A DNA stretch of 64,000 nucleotides, taken from the NCBI RefSeq assembly GCF_964204645.1, contig NC_134027.1, forward strand, positions 18,500,560 through 18,564,559. The letters run 5' to 3'. The notes under the pieces were generated by a model that saw nothing but the letters and a program-made list of their open reading frames with translations, did no database searches and was not told the origin of the DNA. How positions within the stretch are numbered: the first letter of the stretch is position 1; each line of letters opens with the position of its first letter. This document shows, piece after piece, positions 51,883 to 63,023 of the stretch. A program made the position numbers and the translations under genes. Origin of the DNA: Tubulanus polymorphus. Taxonomy: Eukaryota; Animalia; Nemertea.

Positions 51883-53208
51883 TTAAAATTTGAAATATAA
51901 TATTCGTCCGATTACAATTCCTATACAAGTTAAAGCTAATTTAGCATTTTCATGGGACTTATTATCATCATTTAGTTTAATTATATCATGTTGAATAATA
52001 TCAGTTTTTATATTTTCTGTAGTATTGTAATCTTTTATTTTAGAATCATTATTTAATTCAATATTATTAGTTTTAGTTTCAGTTGATTGAATGTGTTTTT
52101 TATTTTTTTCGCCTTCCATTAATTTTGGAGCAGTAATAATCTTTTTATTTATATCATTCAATCCAAATGAATTATTTATTGTTGCGGTTTTAATTAGATT
52201 ATTATAACCAATTATGTTTCCCATCTTTAATACTAAATCATTAAAAATAATTAATAGATTAGGGCCTATACAATAATTTAATCTAATATGTGATTTATCT
52301 AAATAATTTTGATATCTTACAATGTTCTCCGGAATCGATCTATTTTTATCATTATGAATGGAATCTTCAAATAATACTTTAAATTGTTTCTGCGCATCGA
52401 ATGAAGTGTTATCATTTCCAATTATTGGGGATCTTGTTTCAACTTGCGCACCTAAAATACATATCAGATAAGTTCTAATAGATTGATTTATTCTTTGTAT
52501 ACCAGCTTTAGTAAAACCTTCACTATTTTCTAAAATAAAATAAACCCAACCATTATTGTTTTGTTGTTGTATATTATTATAATATTTTGGTAATTCATTC
52601 CAATTTAGTGTTCTTATATCTGAATTTGTCATTATTTTTCCAAATTCTTTAGTATATAATATTCCTAATCCACCCATTGTTCCAATTTTTGCTCTAAAAT
52701 CTTTATTTGAATTAATATTAAATTCATTACATATTTTATAAAACTTAGAAAAATTAATATTATTATTCAATTCTTTAAAATATTTTGAACCTGGTAAAGG
52801 ACATTCTAATTCATGTAATATAAATTTTATTTAAAAATATGTATGAAATCTAAAAAGTGATAACATCAATGGTAAACTTGGTTTGTTTAAATGATCATTC
52901 CAACTAATTCCACAACCTGTTGTTGCACAATAAACAGCAAAATTTAATTGGTTCTGCCAATACTTCATATTAGATTTTAATAACCATTGTTTTGCCTCAT
53001 TTAAATTTTTGAAATTAATTGTATACACATGAAATATATTTTCCATCTTTACATGAAAATTATTACTTTCAGTAACATAAATATATAAATCAATTAATGA
53101 ATTTAAAACTTCATTTCTATATGTAATATCTTTATTAAAATGTATTGCTGGAATACTATATTTAATTGATTTATTATATTGGAAAGCTTTTGGAAAACTA
53201 TCTGCCAT
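51883..53208 (-). pseudogene. Polinton hypothetical protein (~441 aa) with C-terminal TM anchor; in-frame premature TAA at 52831-52833
   Basis: ORFs 52831-53208 and 51883-52770 are in the same frame and bridged by 20 open codons; ends LALTCIGIVIGRILYFKF. Confidence 0.8.
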
Positions 53209-53224
53209 TTATATAATTAAAAAA

Positions 53225-53658
53225 TTAATAATTAACTAATTCTTTTAATAATTTATCTTGTTCTTCAACTGTTATATGACCATTTAAACTTATTATATAA
53301 TCTAGTGTATTCTTCAATTTATTAATTTCTTTTATATTAGTTTTAATTTTTCTTTATTACTTTTTATATTTAATTTTGAACTTATACCAGTTAAAACACT
53401 TGAACTTAATCCTAATACACCAATTGATATAGCTAAAGGTGTTAATGGACTGAATATTGCTAGAAATGTTATTACAGAACTAATTGTAACCGAACCACTT
53501 ATAATCAAATAATATATAATTTTACTTTTTAAATATTTTTTCTTTTTTATCTTTAAGTCACTTTCAAATTCTAATATTTGTTTTTCTAAATATATTTTTA
53601 ATTTAGTTTTATTTATATCATGAGGAATAATATCAATATTATCAACTTTATCTTCCAT
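53225..53658 (-). pseudogene. Two-TM small membrane protein with coiled-coil flanks; frameshift at ~53340
   Basis: IIYYLIISGSVTISSVITFLAIFSPLTPLAISIGVLGLSSSVLTGI; continues in another frame as NIKEINKLKNTLDYIISLNGHITVEEQDKLLKELVNY*. Confidence 0.75.
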
Positions 53659-53681
53659 TTATTTAGCAAAAAAAAAAATTA

Positions 53682-54104
53682 CTAATTAGTAAATTTATAT
53701 GCTACAAATATAACAATAACTGTTCCACCTAAAATCCAAATTATTTCATATTTCTGTTGTTCTTTACTTGGGGTATAATAATCTGATAAATTAGGTTTGT
53801 ATAGATGTAATTTTTCTTTATTGGTTACCGCGTTATATAAACTCATTGCATCATCAACTGATTGAAAATCTCTATGTGAAATCTTCTGATCATATAATTC
53901 CTTGTTAATATAATCCATATAGTTTTGTCTCTTTTCTCTATATTCTTCAGCTTGTTTATTATATTTCTCTAATGCTAAGTTATGTCTTTTCTGTTCTGTT
54001 AATGATCCATTTTTATCAATATGTTTAAATAAATAACCACCACCAGTAAATGCTAAAGCGTTAACAATTGCCGATCCTATGATAGTTATAACTGCAGAAG
54101 CCAT
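53682..54104 (-). CDS. Small membrane protein, 140 aa (hydrophobic N-terminus, coiled coil, C-terminal TM)
   Basis: MASAVITIIGSAIVNALAFTGGGYLF ... IIWILGGTVIVIFVAYKF. Confidence 0.85.
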   Translation of the reverse strand: MASAVITIIGSAIVNALAFTGGGYLFKHIDKNGSLTEQKRHNLALEKYNKQAEEYREKRQNYMDYINKELYDQKISHRDFQSVDDAMSLYNAVTNKEKLHLYKPNLSDYYTPSKEQQKYEIIWILGGTVIVIFVAYKFTN

Positions 54105-54128
54105 TTATTTAGTAAAATAATTATGCAT

Positions 54129-54350
54129 TTATATGGGAGGAATATATTTTTGTTTTTCTAAATAATCAATAGTTAAATTAGATAAAGTAACTGCTAACGT
54201 TAATTTTAAAATATCATTTATATCAAATCTATCAACATTAACACTTCCCATTTTAAATACTTTTTTTAATACCATTGAATAACCAACAGTTCCAACAGAT
54301 AGTAATGCTCCATTATATAATCCAGTTATTATCCACTTATTATCACTCAT
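54129..54350 (-). CDS. Small hydrophobic protein, 73 aa
   Basis: Intact ORF; TAAATG start overlapping the upstream stop; two hydrophobic stretches. Confidence 0.8.
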   Translation of the reverse strand: MSDNKWIITGLYNGALLSVGTVGYSMVLKKVFKMGSVNVDRFDINDILKLTLAVTLSNLTIDYLEKQKYIPPI

Positions 54351-54707
54351 TTATTTATCAAAAAAATTACTATCATCAAAATATTTAGTTATCTTATTTA
54401 TGATTAATTCAACATTTATTTCATTACTAGTTTCATTTGTATATATTTCAATTATTATTTTTTTAATATCATCGATGATCAAATCTTCATCTAATTCATA
54501 AAATCTTAAAGATTCTCTAATTAAATTAGTAATCTTTTCTACATTTAAAGTTTCTTTATCTATTGTTGTTTCATACTCAAATGTTGTTTCATTAGAAAAT
54601 GTAATATTTTTGATATGTGTAATTACATCATTAATGTTAAATTTCATTTCTTTCTCATGTTTAAAATCAAACCCAAAACATATACTCGGTTCAACAGTTA
54701 TATTCAT
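54351..54707 (-). CDS. Acidic hypothetical protein, 118 aa
   Basis: Intact ORF in the gene array; TAAATG start. Confidence 0.75.
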   Translation of the reverse strand: MNITVEPSICFGFDFKHEKEMKFNINDVITHIKNITFSNETTFEYETTIDKETLNVEKITNLIRESLRFYELDEDLIIDDIKKIIIEIYTNETSNEINVELIINKITKYFDDSNFFDK

Positions 54708-54723
54708 TTATATAATGAAAAAA

Positions 54724-55481
54724 TTACTCTTTACATCTTATAACTAATTCATAAATTACAGGAAAGTTATTCAAATCAATTAAATATCCATTATGATTTC
54801 TTATTTCTGATTTAAAATTATTAAATTAAGGAATGCAAGGTTTAAAATCACATTCTGTTAAATTATAATTTATTTGAGTTCCAAATTGTTTAACATTTTT
54901 TAGCGGTAAAATATTTAGTATACTAGAACTACAAATTGTTTCTTTAGTTGCTTCGAAAGTTTTTGTAGGCTCGATTAAATTGCAATAAATATAAAAGTGT
55001 GTAAAAGGTATTATATTTGAATTACCATCTATGTTTCCTGTAACAGTATCTGGTGCAATTCCTAGCAATTTAGCTAATGGTTTTTTACCATAAATGCATG
55101 TTGACTTTCATCATACACCTTTCTTTTAATTTTATTTGTGCTATAACTTTTTATAAATCTAATTAAAAATTTATCATCTCTTCTAATTTTCAACCGTGCT
55201 ATTCGGTTAATTTCTTGAGCTAATGTTTCTAAATTATATAATCCTGGTTTTAAAATTATATGAAACCATTTATCTACATTTCCAATATGAATTAAAAAAG
55301 TATTATCTTCAATAGTTTTATCCGTTATATTAAAAAAAGAATTACATAAACTTATATTAACTAATTTTAAATCTACACAATTCTTAAATTCTCTATCTAA
55401 TTGAACTAGTAAATTATGAGATTTATAATTAGTAAGTTTTCTTGAATCAACAAATATTCTGTATTCTTTTAATTCCGCCAT
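54724..55481 (-). pseudogene. Putative minor capsid (penton, single jelly-roll) protein; frameshift near 55080-55130 and stop at 54826
   Basis: IFVDSR..NSFFNIT..LKPGLYN..LAKLLGI..FYIYCNLI..ILNILPL..IRNHNGYLIDLNNFPVIYELVI, a typical PLV/virophage penton pattern. Confidence 0.75.
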
Positions 55482-55498
55482 TTATTTTACATATTTTC

Positions 55499-55852
55499 TT
55501 ATTCGAAATCTATTTCATGGTGCCCCTTTTCATTCTTACCTTTGTATACGAAATAGAAATCACCAGAACATAATTCTTCTAGATCTTGACTTGATAATCT
55601 ATGAAATCTATCCGGTAAATATGTTCTGAATTTATATGTATTTCCTTTTAATCCTTCATATTCTAAGTGTATAACTAATTTATCTCCATATTTGTTAGTA
55701 ACTCTATCAATATTTGTAATTAGATATTTCTTATGGATTATTAATTCTTTTAACTTCTTAAATTTATAATCTACTGATTTGACATTTGAAGTATCTTTTA
55801 TTCTATCTAGAAATAATTTGTTGTTCTCACTGTGTGCTTGTTTACTCTCCAT
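55499..55852 (-). CDS. Small protein downstream of pPolB, possibly an OB-fold ssDNA-binding protein, 117 aa
   Basis: KKLKEL..KYLI..V.NKYGDKLVIHL..FRTYLPDRF beta pattern and acidic tail; function inferred. Confidence 0.55.
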   Translation of the reverse strand: MESKQAHSENNKLFLDRIKDTSNVKSVDYKFKKLKELIIHKKYLITNIDRVTNKYGDKLVIHLEYEGLKGNTYKFRTYLPDRFHRLSSQDLEELCSGDFYFVYKGKNEKGHHEIDFE

Positions 55853-55881
55853 TTTAATAACATATTTTTATTAAAATTTGA

Positions 55882-58800
55882 TTAACACGTTAGGTTTCTT
55901 TTCATTATCTCGTTCTCTTTTGTTTCTTCTCTTTTAAATTTTAAGTATTCATCTAAATTACAACCATAAGCAACTGTATGAATTCCATCATCTAAAATAT
56001 ATCTTTTATCATCAAATGGGTTTAGACTTATCTTTTCAATTTCTTCAATAAACATTTCATGATCTTCAGATCTTAAACATCTCATCTTATGTTTTCTAAC
56101 TTCTTCATTGAATATACAATTGATGTAATCTTTGAAATGAATATTCTTTTCTACTACACTTTTAGTTATTCCTTTTAACTTTTTAGCTTCATGTTCTTTA
56201 GTTTTATATGAATACATTTTAGATCTAATACCGATGAATTCAATCATTTCTTCACCACCTAATTCATCTTTGAATTTACCGGGAACTTTTTTATTATCAT
56301 TGCTAAACAATTCATGATCTTTAGGATAATTACTGAAATCAAAATGATGTTTTAATGTTTTTAAATCATCAGTTATGTTATCAGTTTTTATCTTTAATAT
56401 GTAACTGTCAGTATCAAAATATAATATTTCTATATGTTTTTCTCCAAAAAGTGGTTGTAATACATTATAATAGAATTCATACATTAGTAATTTTGATAAT
56501 TCTAAAACTGAAGCGCCAACATAGATTGGTTTATTAAATTTCATTGATGTTCTTCACATTTTAACTGCAGCTAAATTTTCATCAAATATTCTGTTACCAA
56601 TGAACTTAGGATATGTTTGTAAATGTCTAATTCTTTTACCATTACTAACTAACTCAATATCATTTCTATTTCTAATATTTTCACAAGTCTTACCATAGAA
56701 TGCATTATTCATTAACTTAAAGAAATCTTTTTCGAAATCAGTTTTAGCTTCAGTTCACTGTTTGGTGTTAAAATCTATATATTTTTCTAACCACTTAGAT
56801 TGGCTGAATGAAATATATCTATGTACTTTTTTTAGAATCATTCCTTGATTCAAATAAAACTTTAACATTCTATAATGTACTACATAATTATATTTATCTT
56901 CTTGAGTTACCATTAACTTTTCTGTATGAATATGATTTTCGGGTTTAATTCTCTTTTGGTAATTTGATAATTCTTCATGTGTTACAGTTTTATGTTCGGG
57001 GCAGTATACTAGATTTCTAGATTTAAATTTTTTATCTTCAGGATATTCTAAATCTACAACAAAGAAGTAACCAGTATCTGAATCATCTGCAATATCTAGA
57101 ATTCTTTTCTTCCAATCAAATTTATCATTATTTTCATTCTGTAAAACTTCAGTTAATTCAAATACTCCATAAGGTTGTGGTTCCATCATTGCCCAACCAT
57201 ACAAATTATTTGCATCTATATATAATAACTTATATCCAGGGTTATCATTTACATTGAAATATCTATCACCTAATACACCTGAAACTCCTCCTCTTATAGA
57301 TTTTTCAAATAATAGTAATTGATCTATATTTGTTAACAAATCCATTTTTATATCTGTAAATTTTAATCCACAATCCCATGTTAAACCTGGTGATGAATAA
57401 CAATGACAAGGATCAATGTTAAAATATTCTAGGTTTACATCTCTAAACCTTTCGAATATATCGGTTAATAATAATACATCTGATTTTAGATATGAATCTA
57501 CTAATTGTCCATGATTTTTCATTCCAAAATGATTCCAAATATTCAATGTTCTATTATATACTTCATCTTTAACATATTCATTTTTTAATTCATGATAGAA
57601 TTGTTCTTTCAATAATTCAGTTATATTGAAATCATTATGTGATTTATAAAATGAATATGGAATTGCTCCTTTATATCTCATTAATTGAAAATCATCATTA
57701 TTTGGGTAGTGTTGCTTTAATATTCTTAATTCATCATCAACTAATGATTTTGATAAGTTATCTAATGAACTATTTAAAAATCTATATGAATCTATAAATC
57801 TTAGGCAACCAAATTGGAATGATATATAATTCTCAGATGTTTTAGCTAACATTCTAAATTTATAAGTTGGTATTTTATCTTTTGATCTATTTGAATTTAA
57901 TCTTTCTATTTCGTTATTAATTTCTTCTATTTTATGACATAACTGTTTGATGAATAAATGTGCATCATATCCTGATAGATTATGAAATATAACTGGTACA
58001 AAGTTAATTTTCTTAGCTTGCAAGTTACAATTCTCATGTGCGGCGCCTCTAAACTTTCCATTCAAATGATCATGGTCTCTTACTTTTCTATCTCTAAAAT
58101 TAAATATCTTTTCACAATAATAACATTTATCTGCAAACTCAAATGCTTCTTTATCTTTTTCTGTCATTATAATTTCTATATTCTTATTTAACTTTTCATT
58201 AAATCTTATTTCATATTCAATTAATAAGTCACAAAAATGATTGATAATATTTTCATTTCTATAATGATAATATTCACTTTTAATTAGTTCTGGATAATCA
58301 GATTTAATATATAACCCGAAAGCTGCAGCTGATTGATGAATCTTTTTAATAGTATTTGTTATTGGTGGTTCTTCTGAAAAATAATTTTCATTAGAATTTA
58401 ATTTCTTTCTTTTATAATATATTTCTTTTCTATCTTGATCAGTTAATTCTTTATTTAATGATTCAAAATCTCCATACATTACAAATGGTACTTTATTTTG
58501 TAATCATATTTTTTGAATTCTAATATTTTATCCTTTTCATTTGGTAAAACTAATTTACAATAATCATGATTTTCACATAATTGTTTATGATTCAGTAATT
58601 TACTTTCATTACTAATTCTATGTAAACATTTTCTACAAAGATATATTTTATGGTGATCACTTTCTGATTTAAAAAATAAATCGATTTGTTTAATCCACAT
58701 ATAATGATTCTCATAATATAGTATATCTATTACATCGTTTGAATCATAATCTTTTGATAGATATAAAGGTTCTAATGTATAATGTTTTATATTGTTACCT

Positions 58801-59921
58801 TTTGTATTTGGTAATTTGATTAAATCAAATACATTTATCTTTATATTATTATCTCTTTCTATTTTTGGGATGTTTTTAATTATTACAGGATACTTATCTA
58901 TCTTATAATTATTTTCAAATTGTTTATAATGAGTTAATCTAAAACTATGTTGTTTATAATCTTCAACTGGGTGTAAACAACTTATTATAGCCCATAGAAA
59001 ACATTTATCATCTTCATTTTGTACATTTATTACAGCATTAGTTTTAAATGGTAGTTTAATATAACTCGATGCTTCAATATCTGGTTCTTTATAATATGAT
59101 ACATTATTTTCATCAATTGGTTTTGATTTAGTTAACTTATTATATTTTGTGTTATAAACATGTAAAGTCATAAATATTATTTCATCAAATATTAAACCAG
59201 ATCCTTCAAAATATTTCTCGTCTATTTTAGTTTTTACTTCATTATAACATTTATCTAATTTATCATCTATATGTTGTTTTGAAATAATATGTTGTGAATG
59301 AGAATTTATATTATATATTGGTTTATCTTCAGATTTTATAAACTTTACTTTAGAAGATATACTTATTTTAGGATATTCAACATCTGTAATTATTTTTATT
59401 ATTTCTTTCATATTTTCTAAATGTTTTTTATTTTCTTCTAATGTTTTTCCTTTATGAAATTTAAACTCAATAGCTGCTGGGCCAATATCACTTTTAAATG
59501 CTTCGGTTATCTCTATATCTTTTTTATTATCCAATGAATTAATATATTATCTTACATCTTCCATGTATGGTCTTTTATTGTTTAATTTATTTTCTATGCT
59601 TTTAATTGTCTTCTGTTTCTTATCATTATCTTTATCAAAATAATCTTCACCTAAAATATCATTATTCATATTTCTAATATGACTTTTAGATTTTAAATGT
59701 TCTTTATAATATCTTTTATCACTGAATGATTGATTACATGTATCACATTTGTATGTTTCTTTTTCATTCTTTAATTCATCTAATTTAGTTTCTAATATAT
59801 CATCTTCATATTCTAATTTCAATTTATTCTCTAAATGTGTTTTAGTTTTATTGTGTCTTGCTTTTTGGGATTTATCTATATTGATATTACATGTTGGACA
59901 GTAGTACTTACTTGCTTCCAG
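55882..59921 (-). pseudogene. polB: Protein-primed family B DNA polymerase (N-terminal zinc fingers, OTU-like protease region, exonuclease with EndoVII insertion, polymerase); start mutated, 3 stops, 1 frameshift
   Basis: NVQNEDDKCFLWAI..ENHY; VPFVMYGDFES; CYYC..VRDHDHLNGKFRGAAHENCNL; FHNLSGYD; LYIDANNLYGWAM; KLMNNAFYGK; YFDTDS; stops at 59547, 56755 and 56554, frameshift at ~58492. Confidence 0.97.
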
Positions 59922-60535
59922 TTTAATACTAAATTTTTTTTTAAATTGATTTTAGAAGTTCAATGATTTATATATGTATTATTTCAATCACACTTTACTA
60001 ACACTTTTAATGTTTAAAAATCTAACTCACACAAATATGAATATTGAAATAATGTTGTAAATATATACTTTTATATTGAATAATCTGTCAATTTAAATGT
60101 TATTCATTTATATGATTATTTTAAGAGTAATAGGGGTAATGGGCTTTCAGGTTAAAGGTTGAATGGTCGAGTTCATTAAAAACAAATATTAAAAGTAATT
60201 TAAAACTATAATATATTTTCATAACCGTGTGTATTTCAGTTGAATAATAGAATAATTATTATTATTAAAATATATTTGATTATATGAATTTGTGTATTGT
60301 AAATAAATCAATTGGTCGCGGAGCGGAGCGGTCGCGGAGCGGAGCGACCAATTGATTTAATACAATATGCATTTAAAATTCAAATTATTGATATCTTAGA
60401 ATAAATATTTAGTTATAATATAAAATACACACGGTTATGAAAATATATTATAGTTTTAAATTACTTTTAATGTTTTGTTTTTTAATGAGCTCGACCGTTC
60501 GACCTTTGGCTTGAAAGCCCATAACCCCTATTACT
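59652..60535 (-). repeat. Right TIR (~884 bp)
   Basis: Reverse complement of 42585-43474. Confidence 0.95.
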
Positions 60536-62240
60536 GGTGTCTCCCAATACCACCGCCTAGTGGGCTCAATTCAAGTTCAAATATACATTATTAATACTTA
60601 TTAAAATATACTTTATTGTTACTTCATTCAATGCAAATACATCAGATTTGCACAATTAAGTCGACAGTACACAAATAGAATTAAGAATCTATAAGTATTC
60701 AGAAGAAAACGTACCTTATTTTTCATTCATCAACTTTGTGTCTTTATTTTAAGCCGCCGGATATTGATTGACTAAATCTCTTTACTCTTCTCTCGTGACT
60801 TATATTGACTTATTTATTCATTGTTTATGACTTCTCTCTCTTCGGAAGAATTATATCCTTAGAGGCTTTTAATCTTGATCGCTAATGACTTTGCGAAACC
60901 ACTTGTCGCAGTTTATTTCCTTTTAGAAATATACCTCGTCAAAACATCTTTTACAGTCTTTAACATGCATTGAATATCTTGGAAGATTGACACGAAGGAC
61001 CAAGGCAGACAGGTCTTGAGTGCTGTGTCAAAGTTCACGCAAAACAACACCATATTCAATATATTTTTTTTCAAACGAATTTATCCGACACAAGTGTTTA
61101 CTCATCACTGCTCACCTAGTTTGATAAAACATTTCAACTTTGTATATCCAAACTCGTTACCTGGAAAAAAAGAACGGAAAGGAAGATATTCCGGCACCCA
61201 CCCGAACGGTTTTTATATTATTTTGAAAGAGTAATCCAAGAACTAATTTCCACCTCTACTCACCTCTACTCACCTGTTTTTATAATACCTGATGAGGGGA
61301 AATGTTCCCGATGGATTCGTTATTTTCTATTAAATAAACTTGACCCATTTGAGAATGAAATTTATTCTGTTAACGCTATTTATGGGTATTCAGGAAATAT
61401 TTTATCAAAAAAGGAATTAAACTGAAATATTCTGAGACGGAGGTATTAATTCTTTATGTACTACACGTACTTATAGTGTTTGCCAGTGGCGATTTAATTT
61501 TGACGATTTATTTTGATAAAGCTGGTGCAAACAAATGCAATATTTTGGAATGTGAGGATCCTGCTAAAGTAAGAAACGACGAAATTACAAAATATAAAAC
61601 GAAATTACGAATCGAAATTACGGAACGCAAAATGAAAATATAGCTTCAAGTTGGTGCACTGTTATTGATTTTCTTGAGAGCTTTCTTCAATGCAATCCAA
61701 TTTAACTATTTCTAAAGTATTTCTGGAATGTGTGGGGGTCGGCTAATCGCGACTTGTGGTTACGGAAAACGAGAAATCGAGTAAACGAGGTAATGAAGAG
61801 TGCTACCTGTTTTATTGCAGAAAAGTCGTACGGGCATATGGACTTACAGTATTAACCGGAAGTGGCATTTCCGTTAAACACAATTCGCTACTTTTGACTG
61901 ATCGATAAAAATGACGCAAGAATCTTCGACATGCTTTTGATTTTGCAAATCGATGCTGCAAGATGACGGATTATGTATGACAACCTTTGATACAGAATAT
62001 ATGAGCGTCTTGCATGGAATACTTGGTAGATTCCGTCCCTAACAATGTCGGACAAATATTTTATCACCAAAAGTCTTAAATAAAGAAAATTATATTTCCT
62101 ACGTAAGTCGGCCGTGTTGTTGATCCGTCGTTAAAAAGAAAAAATAAATCTGTTCGATTCTTTCTCCCTAGCGGGGCCTGTTGCGTGATCACGGCTTAGA
62201 CTTAAGACCAGTCTAAGACCAACTTAGTTCTGTAGCCAAT

Positions 62241-62514
62241 AGCCGCGATCACACGGACACGATTTGGCCCGGGCCAAATTGGCACGGATCAGGCTAGGGC
62301 CAAATTTGGCCCATGCCTAATTAGAGAGCGCGTTCACACGCAAACCATTCACTCGATACTAAACAATGCTAAAATAAAGCGAAGTGGATCATTTCCGGTG
62401 TCATTTGCAATTCAAACGCAATCATCTAGTGCTAAAATTTGGCTCGGACCAGTTCCGATGTTTTTGGTCAGGCCAAATTTGGCCCGGGCCAAAAATGCTC
62501 GTGTGATCGCGGCT
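62241..62514. mobile_element. Harbinger-like MITE nested in another small element (~62173-62592)
   Basis: TIRs AGCCGCGATCACACG / CGTGTGATCGCGGCT; TSD AAT; internal TTTGGCCCGGGCCAAA palindromes. Confidence 0.75.
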
Positions 62515-63023
62515 AATGTTACAATTTAAGGCCAGTCTTAAGATTCTTTAAGACTACATTTGAACTTAAGCCACAACTGTGCAGCCAGCCTCAGGTGTTC
62601 CTACAACACGTGTTGTTATCAAATCCGTTGACTAGATATGTCTTGCACTTGTTCACCACGGTAAAAAAAAAACAGAATAGAAATAGAAATTAGCAATAAG
62701 TAGTCAAAAATATATGATTTTATTTTACGTAATCGATTTACATATTAAAATAAATTTGATTTGCGGAAAGTTAAGAGCATTTTACATCATTAAAAAGTAG
62801 ACAAATATATTTCAAAATCTATCGGCATGATTTACACAATGAAAACAGTCAAATGTGAATTCAAACATGGCCTCTAGCATGTAAACTATAAGTTATCGAA
62901 TGACGTACGTATTATTCAGTTATATTACGTATATGTGTTAGGGATTAAGCGGGTATTGCCACCAAGTGAGAAGGCGCCCCTCTAGAGCAGTGAATTCCCG
63001 AAGCGTGACGATTATACATCAGT

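Larger units (their letters stand above)
42585..60535. mobile_element. Full-length Polinton/Maverick (endogenous polintovirus), 17,951 bp, partly pseudogenised
   Basis: AGTAATAGGGG...CCCCTATTACT termini; 6-bp TSD GGTGTC (42579-42584, 60536-60541); pPolB, integrase, ATPase and capsid genes; sharp shift to very high AT and intronless dense ORFs. Confidence 0.98.

Noticed and set aside
56554-59549. Alternative genetic code or programmed readthrough/frameshift in polB
   Set aside because: Interruptions mix TAA, TGA and indels across many genes and the same codons end intact genes; decay or sequencing error is simpler
61110-62045. Several minus-strand splice-like signals (e.g. 61114-61162, 61273, 62040)
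   Set aside because: No convincing coding frame; may be UTR or non-coding exons but unsupported without transcripts
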